DNA of 64,000 nucleotides from Hyphochytrium catenoides (Eukaryota > Protista > Hyphochytriomycota). Where the stretch lies: the NCBI GenBank assembly GCA_900088475.1, contig FLMG01001065.1, positions 4,093 through 68,092 on the forward strand, in the 5' to 3' direction. This document shows positions 49,531 to 62,341 of the stretch, piece by piece. Numbering within the stretch: the stretch's first letter is position 1; each line of letters begins with the position of its first letter. Position numbers and translations under genes: made by a program. Under the pieces are notes generated by a model, which was not told the DNA's origin, did not search any database, and saw only the letters and a list, made by a program, of their open reading frames with translations.

Positions 49531-51811
49531 ATGTTGCCTACTCCAGACTCATCGCTAGAGCAGCAACACGGCGCTCTCTCTCTCTCTCTTTCTTCTATCG
49601 CAATGAAAAAGAGAAGAGCAGATGGTGATCTTGGGCAAAGAGACAGGTTAACACTGAAAGAGGTGGTCATGGATGTGGATAGGGGGAAGGCCGAGGAGAG
49701 AAAGACTGAAGAGCCAACAAACGATGCTTCATTCGGAGAAGGGGAGAGGGTAAAAATGACGACCATTCCTCCTCCTCGCACTTCTCTTTCTGTTCTGGCG
49801 ACAAGAGCAGCCTTCCCTCATCTCTGTGTGGACCACTGCGAAGAGACGCCACCGGCAGGAGAAGAAGAAGCAGACCCCGGACAAAGGGAGTCTTCCTCTT
49901 TTCTCCGCTCCGTTTCTCCTCTCCGCTCTCTTCTCTCCCAGTTGTTCTCTCCCCAGTCTCCGCGTTCACCTTCCTGGTCAAGGCGCCGTCTCCAGACGTT
50001 CCTTCTTTTCTCTGTCCTTGTCGTGGTGGCGATCTGGAGCTTTGCTCCGCCGCCAACCTCTCTCTCTTCTTCTTTCTCATCTTCTTCTCCCGCTTTCTTC
50101 TCTTCTCTTTCTTCCTCTTCCCCAGGGAGAAACCTACGAAGGACCGCCAGCGCTCATCCCTGGGAGCAGACGTTAGAGGAGCTCTCGGGCACGACAGTAA
50201 GAAGAGAAGAAAGGGAAGAGAGAGGAGAAGAGGGCATAGCGCGCCCTCCCTCTCTCTCTTCGCTCTCCCCTTCTCTCTCCCTCTCCTCGTCGTCCTCTTC
50301 TCCTTCTTCCTCTCTCTGTCCGCCAGCCGCGGGACATGACGCCGCTGATAACTGGAAATTCGTTACCGTGACGTCTGATATTCTGATCACTGTGGCGTAC
50401 TATGCGATCCCCTTAGAGCTCAACTACTTCCAGAAGCAGGTCAAACTGCCTGAGAAGTTTGGCGGAATCTTACTGCTCTTTCAAATGTTTATATGCTGCT
50501 GCGGCTCCACGCACCTGATCGCCGTGTGGCAGCCCTGGTACAAGTTCTACTTTCTCTCCTCGATGGTCAAGCTCCTCACCGCCCTGGTGTCGATGTTGAC
50601 AGCCTGCGTTCTGGTCCATGTGATCCCTAAGGCGCTGGCCCTGCCAGGGATGGCGGAGAGACTGGAAGAAGAGTTAGGCGTTAGGGTGAAGAATGAATCG
50701 GATCTGAGAGAGAAGAACGAGATGCTGATGAAGTTTAGGTCCGCCTCTCAGAACATTGGGGACGCGGCGGGCGCAACGGAGATGTGCCGAACGGCCGCGA
50801 GGGAAATGTGTGAGAACATTGAGACAGTCAGCAGCGTGGCGATCTTTCTTCCTTCCTCTCTCACCCGCTTTGGGATCGGACTCTCTTCTTGTTCTTCCTC
50901 CGCTTCTGATGCTGGGGAAGAGGAGGAAGAAGAGGAGAAAGTAGAGGGAGACAGTAGTAAGGAAAACGATTATTTCTGCGCGGCAGAGTTCTCGAAAAGG
51001 TTCCCAGGTAGTGCACTATATAGCTTCTCCTGGAAAGAGGTAACGCTCAATTCAGATCGAGAAGAGATTCTCTCCGACTCTCTCTTCCCTGGCAACCGGC
51101 TGGTCTCTCTCTCGGAGGAGAGTGTGGAGAAGCTTATAGAGGGAGGAGCAGGAAATGAGGGAAAGAAGACCAAGACTGTTGCCTTTCCTTTCCACTCTAC
51201 CTCTCTCGTGCAGTTCTCGGTAGATGACAGTTCCAAGAACGGGCTTGTCCTCATCTCTTCCACCTCTCCCAGCAGTCGATGGACGCTGAAGAGATCAGAA
51301 GTCACTTTCTTAGAAGACATCGTCCATCAGGTAGAGATTGCCCTGTCTCAGGCTGTACAGATGGAGAAAGAGAAAGAGAGAATGTACGAGCTCTCTCTCC
51401 AGCAGAAGAAGAACGCAGAACTGGACAAAGCCAAGCAGTTGGCGGAGATGGAGAGTAAGCTTACGACGGAGTTCCTGGCCTCGATGTCTCATGAGATCCG
51501 GACACCAATGAATGCAATCATTGGGTTTGTCAGCTACTTATTGCAGTCTCCGGGCCTCTCTGCAGACCAACATGAGATTCTGCAGACGATTTCTTCGAGC
51601 TCTCAGACGCTCCTGACCATCCTCAACGATATATTGGACTTCTCCAAGGCGGAGACACGGCAGCTTGTGCTGAAGGAAGAGGTGTTCTCTGTGAGGCACT
51701 GCGTGGAGACAGCGCTACAGCTAATGGCAGGAAGTGCTGATAGCAAGGTGCTGTTCCCTTCCTTTCCTCGGCCTATTTTTCTACTCTCTCTTTTTGTCGG
51801 GTTTTCTCTGT

Positions 51812-51842
<31 letters not shown>

Positions 51843-54550
51843 CCCCTCTCTGTTTCCCCTCTCTGTTTCCCCTCTCTCTTTCCCCTCTCTCTCCATGGAC
51901 TCTCCATTCTCTTTCTCTCTGTGTTCTTTACTTTCATTCTCCTCTCTTTCTCTCTGCCATTTCTCTCTCTTTCCCTCCTCTTTTCTCTTCACTTTCATTC
52001 TGTAAGATTCTCTTGTTCTTCCTTTTCCGTCTGCCACCTCCATTCCTCCCTCTGTCTCTCTCCCTGTCTCTATAGTTCTCTTCCTTCAATTCTGATGGAC
52101 GAGGCGCCACTGCTTTCCAAGCCTACTGTGGATCTGGTTGCTCTCTGTCTGCCTAGCTTTTCCTACACTCTGTCTCTCTTCTCTGATGGCATTAAAATCC
52201 TCTCTATGCCTGAGTTCTTTTACTAACGCAACTGATTTGTTTTCCTACGTTTTACCGTCCCTTCTGCCTCCTCTCACCTCTCCGCTTGCTACTTACTCTA
52301 CCGGCTTCGGCTTCCTCTCCTCTCTGTACCCTGCGTGCTCTCGTTCAATCTCTTTTTCTCCTCTCTCTCTCTCTTTCTCCCCCTTTCTACTCTCTCCCTC
52401 CTCTCTCTCAGAGCCTAGATCTGAATTATTTCATGGAGGAAGACGTACCAGACGTGGTCTTCGCCGATCCTTATCGCCTGCAGCAGGTTATCCTTAACCT
52501 GCTGAGCAATGGGATCAAGTTCACAGAGAGAGGAGAAGTCTTTATTATTGTCTCTCTCCAAGGGTCCCCCGCTCTCATCGAGGAACTCGGGAGAGGAGAA
52601 GGCAGTGGAGAGTACATCGCACCAAAGGATCCTTCGTCTCGCCATCTCCTAGGTGTAGAAGAAGAGTCCTCTCTTGAAGGGGAGGAAGAAATAGAGACCG
52701 CAAGAAACAGAGAGAAGAGAGAGTTGCGAAGAAGAAGACGGAAAGGAGAGAAAGGCGTATACCACCAGAAGAATGGTCACGTGGCGGCCAACGGACAAAT
52801 TGGCGGAGGGAGAGAGCGAAAGGTAAAGGGAGGCGGAGGCAGGGATGGGGACGAAAAAGAAGAGGAAAAGGAGAGCAAGAGGGACAAGAGAGAAATAGAG
52901 ACAGTGTTCTTCCACGTCATAGACACGGGGATCGGCATCCCTTCTTCCTCTCTTCGCCTTCTTTTTCAGAAGTTCAAGCAGGTGGACTCTTCGATCGGAA
53001 GGAGATACGGAGGGACGGGCCTTGGGCTGGCCATCTCCGCGAAGCTGGTACATATGTACAGGGGAATGATCAAGGTGACCTCACAGCCAGGGAGGGGCTC
53101 GGCCTTCTCATTCTCGATGGAGCTGCCCGTCGTGAGAGAGACAGAAGATGAAAGAGAAAGTTTTCTCTCTTCGTCCTCTACGTCTCCCTGCTACTGGGCG
53201 GTGGATGAGGCAGCTGGGCGGCTGAGCTCCCAACTGGGCGATGAACTGGAAAAGGACGTGGTCGCTCCTGCGCTCTCTCGGAAGAAAAGCAGCGGAACGG
53301 GTTCTCTCTCTTCGTCGTCATCTTCTTCTGCAGCGTCTCTCTCTTCCTACTGGCTTTTGGCCTTGGTGGCCTCTGCCAGTGTGAGGACAAGAGATGCCAC
53401 GGAGCAGCTTCTGAAGAGTCTCAACGTGGAAAAAGTCCACACATTCAATACCGTCGAGTCTCTTCTTGACTTTGCGAGGGACAGCCGCGGAAGGGAGGAA
53501 GAAGACGAAGGGAAAGAAGAGAGAGGAGAGACGGTGGGAGGGGGAGAGAAGAGAAAAGAGAAGAAGAGAAGAAGAACCAGGGTGACGCTGGCCCTCGTTG
53601 ACGAAAATCTTCTTTGTCACATCGTCCCTGGAGGAGAGACAGGCGCACGATACGATGCGTTCGTCTCTCTCCCTTCGACCTACGCCATCACTCTTGCCCG
53701 TTCTTCCCAGACTGCGGCGGATCTCTCTTGTCCTCTTCCTCCGGCCTATCTCCACAGAGCGCTGTGCAAGCCTGTCCGCAGAGATCTGCTCAGGAATCAC
53801 CTGGGTGCGATCGTTGAAGCCCTCGAGGGCGGAGAGAGAGACGAGAGTCTCTCCGGAGGAGGAAGAATGGGAGGAGAGGAGGCAGGTCGGCTCAATCTCT
53901 CCTCTACTTCTTCTCAATTGCCTAGAATTGGATCCAGAGGCAGACGCGGAAGAGGTACGTGGACGTCCTCCAGGCAGGAGATCCCGAAGCAAGTGAAACG
54001 TGTCCTGGAGCAAGTGGCCGTCCTCATTGTAGACGATAACGCCGTGAACCGCAAGGTAATGATCCGTCTGCTGGAGCTTTTTGATATGAGGAACGTCCAA
54101 CAGGCGGCGAACGGCTATGAGGCGATCTCAATGGTCGCTGATGGGCAGTTTGACATCGTTTTTATGGACGTGGCGATGCCGGTGCTGGACGGGTTCTCAG
54201 CCACCCGACGGATCCAGTCGGAACTCTCTTCCTCATCCTCCTCGTGTCCTTCTGTCCTTCAAGGACAAGAAGAGAGAGCGGTAGAAGGAGGGAAGGTCCC
54301 TGAAAGGAAGATGAAGAGAGAAGAAGAGGAGAGAGGGAGCAGTGATGAGGCTAAGAAGGAAGAGGTGGCGAGGAGAAAGAGCTTCACAGGTCGGAGAATC
54401 CCTTGGATCATTGCAATGACAGCTAGCACTTTGATGGAAGAGAGACAGCTCTGCTTTGACGCGGGGATGAATGACTTCCTGGCCAAGCCCATCACTCCTC
54501 CAGAGGTTGCCAACGTCCTCACGCGATTTGTGCAGCAAATTGGGGCGTAA
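49531..54550 (+). CDS. Ethylene-receptor-like (ETR1-type) hybrid histidine kinase: ethylene-binding TM domain, GAF-like region, HisKA, HATPase, pseudo-receiver, receiver; exons 49531-51747 and 52412-54550 (~1450 aa)
   Basis: SDILITVAYYAIPLELNYF...FICCCGSTH...KLLTALVS...LVHVIP; H-box FLASMSHEIRTPMNAIIG; splice gives ADSK|SLDLNYFMEEDVPDVVFADPYRLQQVILNLLSNGIKFT; DTGIGI, LFQKFKQVD, GGTGLGLAIS; receiver VLIVDDN, VFMDVAMPVLDG, IIAMTA, MNDFLAKP. Confidence 0.93.
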
Positions 54551-57181
54551 GAGAGAGCGGGGACGGACGGTTCGGAGGAGGGCAGGGAGGGAAAGAGAGG
54601 AAAAGAGAGAGAGAGAAAGGAGAAGAATGGGGTGGTGGTTCTCCTGCTCTCTCTCCTCTTCTGTCCCTTCTCTTCTTTCACGGCTGAGGAATTTTTTAGG
54701 TAGCTTCGTATATGCTTCGAGAGGAAGAGGAGAGCATTCCCATTCAGGAAACAGCGAAAACTTGGAGAGCGATGATCTCACTCTGTCCCTCTTTCTCTCT
54801 TCTTTCTCCCTTTCTTATTTTGCGCTTAGTAGCCCATGTCTGCCTGGCAGTACCTGTCAGCGTCTTCCTCCTGCCTTTGCCACCTTTTGTTACCGGGGAT
54901 GGCAGGGTCTCGGGTTTTGACTCTCACTCATGGTCTCTCTCTCTCTCTACATTCCCGCTACTTGCTTCGACTATTGCTTCCTCTCCCACTCTGCTTCCAC
55001 TGTTTTTCAAGGGATTTAACACGCGCGTTTCTGTCCCTGTTTTGACTGTGGGGGAAAGGAGCCTCATCCTCTCATTCCCTCGTCTTTTTGTTTATCAGGA
55101 GCTTTCCTTCCTTGGTTCCTTCTCTCTCGTCCTCTCTCGATGAAGCTGCAGAAATAGCTGAGTGTAAAGAATGACCTAAGTGAAGAAGCTGCTTTGCCTG
55201 CCAGTACGTTGTAGAGCCATCTCGTTAGACTGAGGGAAGACACGCTTCTCTCTACATTCTCCTTGCCTCTCTCGTGCTGCTAGCTGGCTCTCTCTCTCTC
55301 TGTATGTTCCTCCTATCGATAAGACCCCTCTTTAGTTCGCTTCTTCCTTGGGGTTCTCTATATCTCTGTCCACTTCTCTCTCTCTCTCTTCCCATGCATG
55401 GCGATACCAGTGCTAGAGCCGCCTAGCTCTAAGAGAGATATCCTTGGACAAGGCGAAGAGCTCGTCTCCTACCCAAGTGGCGCTTCTCTCCACTTCCACA
55501 GAAGACATTGTGCTTGACTGTATTCAATACATAGCCAGCTCTATTGTTGCCTTCTTCTTCTCTCTCTTTCTCTCTCATTCTGTCTCTCTTTCTCTCTCTC
55601 TGTCTTCAGACTTTCTGCTAGAAGGCGTCTCTTTCTCCTCACTCTCACCTCACTCGTGGTCTTTTCTCCATGCTGCTATAATTCTTTTATCTGTCTATGT
55701 CGTTAGCAGAAGGAAAGACAACAGCGAGAGACAACAAAGGGAAACAGGGAAGAGAAGAGAAGCTCGTGTCTCTCCTTTTCTCTCTTCTCTCTGTCCTGTT
55801 GGTGCATGTTCACTTTTTCTCTTCTCGCGTGCGACTGCATCTCATTAGATGTTAGATTTCAATTCTGTAAAAACATGACTAAAGAGGGAAAGGAGAGAGA
55901 GAGAGATGGGAAATGTGAAGGGAGTCTCTTGTGTGCGTGAAGAGGGAGAGCAAGAAAAGAGAGAGGCAATGGAGACCAGTCTAATAACACTGAAGAGCGG
56001 AGGAAAAGAGAGAGAGATAAGACAGAAAGAGAGTGTCTTTGTGGGTGAAAGAGGCAAAAAGGCGATGACACCAGCAGCCAGACGGGCCACCATGAGTGAA
56101 GAAAGAGAGCAGGAAGACAAGAAGACCCCAGCAGATAAATGGAGACCTACAAGCCGCAGGGATCACTAGCGGCAGTAACACAACCGCCGTTAGCGGGAGC
56201 AGCAGGGTGTCTCTTCGTCTACCCATAACTCTTCGATGAGGAAAGCTACTCCTAAGTTCACCTTACTTTCATCTATTCTAACTCATTCCTCTTTCTTCTC
56301 CCTCCATTCCCTTGAGCTGGAGGACGCGCTAGCCGGAGTAATGGTAAATTGGGCTCATAATTTGTTGAAAATCGAGTGAGGGGTGAGCTCTGGTGGCAGA
56401 CTGTGGGGGGGAAGAGAGAGACTTGGAAAGCTTGTCAGAATCTGAGAGGGTTAGCTCAAGGTCTGCATGACGGGAACTCTTGATTTCCTCTCTTGCCACT
56501 GCCTTTACAAGCAGAGACATAGTCACTTTGCTCCCCGTGGTTGGCGGCTCATACTGAAGCCAACAGCTTCCAACAGCTCTGTCTCTCTCTCTCCATCTCT
56601 CCCTCTCCCTTCTTTCTGCGATCTCACGATCTCCCACTCTCGCTTCGCGTCCCACTCTCATTCTCCCATGTGAGCCGGGCCCTCTTCTTGCCCCCTTCAG
56701 TCCTTCCTCTCTCTCCCTCTACTATTCCCTGTTTCCTCTACTATTCCCTGTTTCCTCTCTGCTTCTCTCTGTTTACTTTTGCTCTCTCTGCTTCTCTCTC
56801 CCTTGTTGCTTCTATCTTTCTCGTTCTTTCTCTCGCATCTCTTTCTGTGCCAGGGACCCACAATGGGCGAACTGATAACTGACAGTGCACACTTGGTTGC
56901 CCTGTTCTTTAATAGAAAAGACGGCAAAAATCAGTTATTTGCATTGCAAATAAGCGTCTGAGTAATATTCCTTATTTATGAAAAACAGCAGGGATCTGGC
57001 GTCAGATTCTGAAGACCTCAGGGTAGGGTGGGTACTGGACTCCCTCCCTTTCCCCCTCCCACTGCCAACACAATGTCCGCCCTCCATGTCTTCCCCCTTT
57101 CGGTCTCTCCCTGTCTCTTGCTTGCCTTCACCGACTCTGTCTCGCACCTGAGGCGCATCTGATCATCTTATTCCTGGTTGT

Positions 57182-57223
<42 letters not shown>

Positions 57224-57830
57224 GGTGGCCAGCCTTCGCTTCTTATTGGAAGATACGCGTGCAATGGCCCTAGGATGGCGCAAGAGAGAAAGAGAGAGAG
57301 AGAGCGTGAGGAGAAGAGACACTTTTTTCGTCAGAACGTAGTGAGAAAGGCATTGAAGGAGAAGAGTTAAGGGATAGGTTGAGGGGATAATAATGAAGAA
57401 TGACTAGTGCCATGGGGAGGATCCGATTGCGACAGCAGAGAGTTGAAGAGAGGGAGAAACTGGCCTTCACACACATTCGTCTCGTCCTCAATATTTCTGT
57501 GGGATCGGCGTCCAAGAAGTGATCAATCTAGCCGGGACATGACCTCCTCCATATCCCTTTTTTTCATCTCTCTCTCTCTCTTTCTTTCTCTCTGTCTCTC
57601 TCCCTTCTCTCCTTTCTGTCAGCTTCATCAGCCTCTGCCCTCAAACTAGAACTATGTGAGGAGAGAGGAGATAACTTTGTGTCAACCATTGTTTGCTTGC
57701 TGTCTCTTCATCACTATTCATCTTTCACTTTCCAGCGCAAACGTACACACAGAAAGTCACCCCGGCTGACTGGCAGCAACCACTAAAGCAGTAAGAAGAG
57801 ACGAGAAGAAGAGTTGATCAATTTGTAGCC

Positions 57831-58616
57831 ATGATAAAGCTCGTCTCTCTTCTCGCCGCGTCCTCCCTCCTGCTCATCCTCACGCCATCCACCTCAGAAG
57901 CCTCAAAGATCCGCGGCGTTGGTGACATTCACCGCGATAAAGATCTGCGCTACTGCGACCCGACCACCGGAGATGAGTGCGGCACGTGCCTGACCGCATC
58001 CTTCGCGGAGGCGGGAGAGGGCGTCGGCTGGTTTGATTCTTCCTTTGGCCTCTGCTGGGGAGAGAAGAAGGATAAGGCCTTGGTGTCCCTCTGGGTAGAC
58101 CTCAGAGATGTGCTTAAGAAGGACAACCGCCACGTCCTGCCTGCGAACTGCTCTCTGGAAACCATGACTTACCATCTGCACAGCAAATGGGAGCATCCTG
58201 AGGGCAAGGATTGGGGCCTAGGAGCAGAGTGCGGACCCGCGCTCACCAGCGGGCACTACGATCCCACCTTCGCTTGCGGACCCTCTTCAGAGCACGTCGC
58301 GAGCGGGGCGTGCAAGGACAAAGGAAAGGACCCTGCGCAGTATAAATGTCTGGGGAACTACCAGGAGTATCGGAAAGACCCGCAGATCTGCGAGCTGGGA
58401 GACACGTCGGGAAAGGGCGGATACTTGAAGTTCCCTGGGAAGAAGCGCGTCGTGGAGGAGACCTTCGTTGACGTGACGCCTCCATCTTACTACGAGTTCA
58501 GGAACGGGAAGTATAAGAGTCTTGTCTTTCATTGTGCCGGAGGACAAAGAGCTTTCTGTGCCAAGCTTGAGCTCAAAGAGTGTGGCGGGGGACCTGAGAA
58601 GGAGAAGGCTTTTTAA
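57831..58616 (+). CDS. Secreted Cu/Zn-SOD-fold protein, probably a Cu-only superoxide dismutase
   Basis: Signal peptide; YHLH, GHYDP, CELGDTSGK, SLVFH...QRAFCA; Cys-rich; no obvious pair of extra Zn-ligand His between GHYDP and GD. Confidence 0.75.
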   Translation: MIKLVSLLAASSLLLILTPSTSEASKIRGVGDIHRDKDLRYCDPTTGDECGTCLTASFAEAGEGVGWFDSSFGLCWGEKKDKALVSLWVDLRDVLKKDNRHVLPANCSLETMTYHLHSKWEHPEGKDWGLGAECGPALTSGHYDPTFACGPSSEHVASGACKDKGKDPAQYKCLGNYQEYRKDPQICELGDTSGKGGYLKFPGKKRVVEETFVDVTPPSYYEFRNGKYKSLVFHCAGGQRAFCAKLELKECGGGPEKEKAF

Positions 58617-61167
58617 GATCTGACCACCAGTCTCTCTCTCAGCTTCTGACTGCTTTATTGTTCAGCTGGGAGTGAAGAAGGCCGCCAATGAAAACAGCGC
58701 CTTCAAGTGGTTGCTGGCCTTCCTGGTTGCGCCTCCACGCTTTTGATATTTTTTATAAATAAGTGAAAAGTAATGATCAACTGTTCATCGTTTCCTTCTC
58801 ATCGTGATAAAGAGGACATTCACTGACGGAGTTGACAACCTTAAGAAATCTTAAAAAGTGGACGGTTGGCACTCTCCAGATGGGCTCCAGGGTTATTCTC
58901 CACAGAAGAGTTAGTGCCAATTATGCCTTGAGGGGCCACTGCTCCGGATATGTGTCGGAAGAACGCTGGCGGTCAGGATGAGGTTCTTGCCCCTGAGGAG
59001 CTTGAGGCAAAGCCGCCAGGGTGGTGGGAGGAGGAAGAAGAACATGATCCACTATCAGCACAAGTCTGGCCTTTCATCGTCAGAGAGTGTTCACAAGTTT
59101 TCCATCTACATCCCCTCGATGCTGCTCCTGCGCTTCCTTCTTCTCGTCTTCCCTATAATCCCTGGCGTATCTCCTGTTGCTCTCCTCCTTTTTCTTCTCC
59201 TCCCGCTTGAGGCGGCACCGCCACCTGCTGTTTCTTTCAATCCTACTTTTTGTCGTCGCCTTCTAGTGGACGCAGCAGGTCGCTGTGGCGAGCTGACTAT
59301 TAGGAAGAATGTGCTTTGTAGCGTCACTTGCTTCAACAACAGGCGGCGCGAATTCTAAACTTGGCGGACCTACACCGGCGAGTCCTCCCACCGACAGCAA
59401 CAGTATGCTGCACGAGAGGACGGTCTATAAATAAGGAGGTCCAAGTAATCAAGAACTTATGTCATTGTGGTCTGCGGAACACCTATATAGGAGAGAGGCC
59501 TCTGTTTTACTCCACCCTGTTCAGTCTCGACAGAAAAGTCTCTTACCTGGGCACCCACCTGTTGCCGATCCACTCATGATGTCTAACGACGGGAAACGTG
59601 GTCTTCCTCTCCGCCCAAGAATTGTACACGACATCTACAAGCACCACCTTGTAGAACTGCTCTGCATTCTGGTGAATAAATACTTTACGGCGCACTCCGC
59701 TCTCCGCTATTGGCGGGCGTCGTCCCCGTACGCTAACAACGATGCTCTAGGCGCTGTCCATTTCCTCCGGGGCCGAAGCACAGCGATCTTGGAAAGCGGT
59801 CGGCGGTAGCCAGTTTGTTTCTTGAAAATCAGACTTTGCTCTAGCAACCCGACGATTTCTAAGATGGGAAACATTGAGTCCCATGGTCCTCGGACTATTC
59901 TCATGAAATAGTCACAAACCTCTTGGAGATGAGGGCTACATAGTGGCCTACACAAAACAAGCGAGAAGAATGTGGTAGTTCACCAGAAAGATGAGATGCA
60001 GCAGTAGGAGGAAAGACAGATCCACAGTGCTTGCAGCGTCAATGAGAGGTTCTTTCTCGACAGACACAAAAAGTGTTGTAAGGACAAGGAGGAAGAAGTG
60101 TCGGAGGAGGAAGAAGAGAATTTGAATGGCTGTGCTGACGACACCTACCCTTAGAGCTACAGTAGGGCAGAGCTTGCATGGCTGTCTGATACTCGTCTGA
60201 AGATGCGATCCACTTAGCCATCCTTTCTCTGCGAGGTTGATGTGATTCTCTTGGTAGTGCCATTCGCCACCTCCCCGCATGTTGTAGACCCGCTAGATAG
60301 AACATACTCCATTCTCGGTCTCTAATGCACAGAATTCTTGATGTGCAATGGACAACAAGGTTGGCGAGATGCCTTTTTCCCTCGCCTCTTTAGTAAACCC
60401 ACCAAGTCTCCAGAAATGTAACATTGTCTGATTGCTTCAGTGCAAGGTAGAAAGTATGGAGCAACAGCGTCAAGCTTTGCTTTGCGGGAGCCCTTCGTAA
60501 GAAATTAATCTTCGCATTTCTACCTTTGAACCTTGATGTTAATTCTCTTCCTTTGCTTCCTCTGGGAAAGAGATGATTTTTCAGCTTGTCCTTAGATGCT
60601 TTCTTGTTGATGAGCTAGTTCGGTTCTTCGTGTTCTCAGTTTAGGGCCTTGACTGCTTTAGGAAACAATCAATGCCTTCTTCTAGTTTGCTAAAGAAATT
60701 ATCATGATTCTCTGTCAACGCTACGAAGCAAGACATAGTGACGTCTTCGACACAGAAGCGGAGTGATTCTCATTTACGACTGAGGCCAAGCATGAGGACA
60801 CATCTCTTGTTTTTTGCCGAAGCGTCAGTGCCCGCCCACTGGGTAGACCCTCCTCACACATCAAAGATAATTCTTGAATGCTCAGAGCTCAACCCTTTAC
60901 TTAAAAAAATTCAGGCTGCGGGGAGCTGTTGGAGTCTGAAAAGACAGCTATGTATGTGGACGGCGAGCTGGCATGCTTAGCTACCCTACTCCAAGCTCCA
61001 ACCAAGTAGAAGCCGAGACATGGAGCAAACAAGATATCCTGTTTGTATCTATTGCCTATGTCAGGATGTTCATATACCTTCAGGCCTCCCTGCTCGGGAT
61101 ATGAACTCTTTCTAAGTTATAATCTTAGGTTTTATCATGGATTATTATGAATAGTTGACATAGTCCA

Positions 61168-62130
61168 TGTTATAATGTATAGGATTTGAAGACACTCTTA
61201 TTTATGTTATCTGGTCTACTGATATAGACAGAAAGAGTATGAAGAGCTTATGGGACCTTTTTTTCCCGTTATCATGTAGTCTAGCTTAGAAACTGTGCCT
61301 TGTTAACTCTACATGACCCAGTTACTGTCTCCCCACTTCCCATGATGACTTACCTTGTGATAAAAGCCTAGTTACTAGAACCCTGAAACACTCTGTTTTG
61401 TGTCCTTTCCCTCTTATGAGGTAGAGTCTGGAAACTGAGAGCTTTTCCAGAGCTTTGTCAGCTTCAGCTCTCAACAGTTCAGGATAAAAGCTAGCTTGTG
61501 GGCCCTCAGTTGGAATTATACTGGAGCACGCTCACTCTGGTAATGACATCGTCCATTCACCCATACTAATCAACAAACGGTACCGCTTCATCATTAACAA
61601 GACACTAACACCAAGGTTGTTCAGAATCACCATTTTGGATCCGCGCCATACAAAATGCTGGAAAGCTGAGCCAAATGCTCACCACCCACCGGCTTTCAGG
61701 AAGTCACGCTCTAAGGGGAATCTGTCAAATGCCTTGTAGCTGAAAGCACTGGTCGCCAAAGTAGAAGGCTAGCAACCTTTAAATATCCTGTCGTTAAGAT
61801 CATCCCCCAAAGTGCATCTGCGAGCAGGTTGTGCCACTTAAACGATCACCCTAAGTGCCAATGAGCGGCGCTTTCCACCACCTTGCTCGCTTGCAGGTGC
61901 ACTTGAGTTCTGCTGCCCATAAGTCTCATTACTAACATGTTTTTAGCAGACCTCCTTTTCTTCCCACTTGTTGCTGACTTTGGCTAATATGCTGAGAGGA
62001 ACTTTTTGATGAGGTTACAGAGCTTGATGGCAATGCCTGAAGCTTCTGTATGAATCCAACAGTACAAGCAAGATGATACGGTAACAGCGGGACTGGGTAA
62101 TGATATGATGGGATTTCAGTGAATGAATCA
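61168..62130. mobile_element. Diverged, interrupted copy of the LTR at 62342-63059
   Basis: Starts TGTTATAATGTAT; 61168-61480 aligns with 62342-62655 and 62015-62130 with 62735-62840, with ~500 bp unrelated sequence between. Confidence 0.65.
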
Positions 62131-62199
62131 TCAAATCGGTCTGGTCTTCTCTGCAGATGGTTTCGTCGTCCTAATGCACTCCAGGACTCCAACTACGCA

Positions 62200-62341
62200 A
62201 ATGTCTCACCTTCTACCACGACTGTCCTTCAACTGCTCACGAACCCAACAATGGATTATCGATAGTGGTGCGTCTGATCACGTCACGAGAGAAAAGAGCT
62301 GGTTCCGCGAATATCAAGACATCAAATCCGTCACGCTATAC
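62200..62341 (+). mobile_element. Ty1/copia protease fragment truncated at an LTR junction
   Basis: WIIDSGASDHVTREKSWFREYQDI ends exactly where the LTR begins (62342). Confidence 0.8.
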
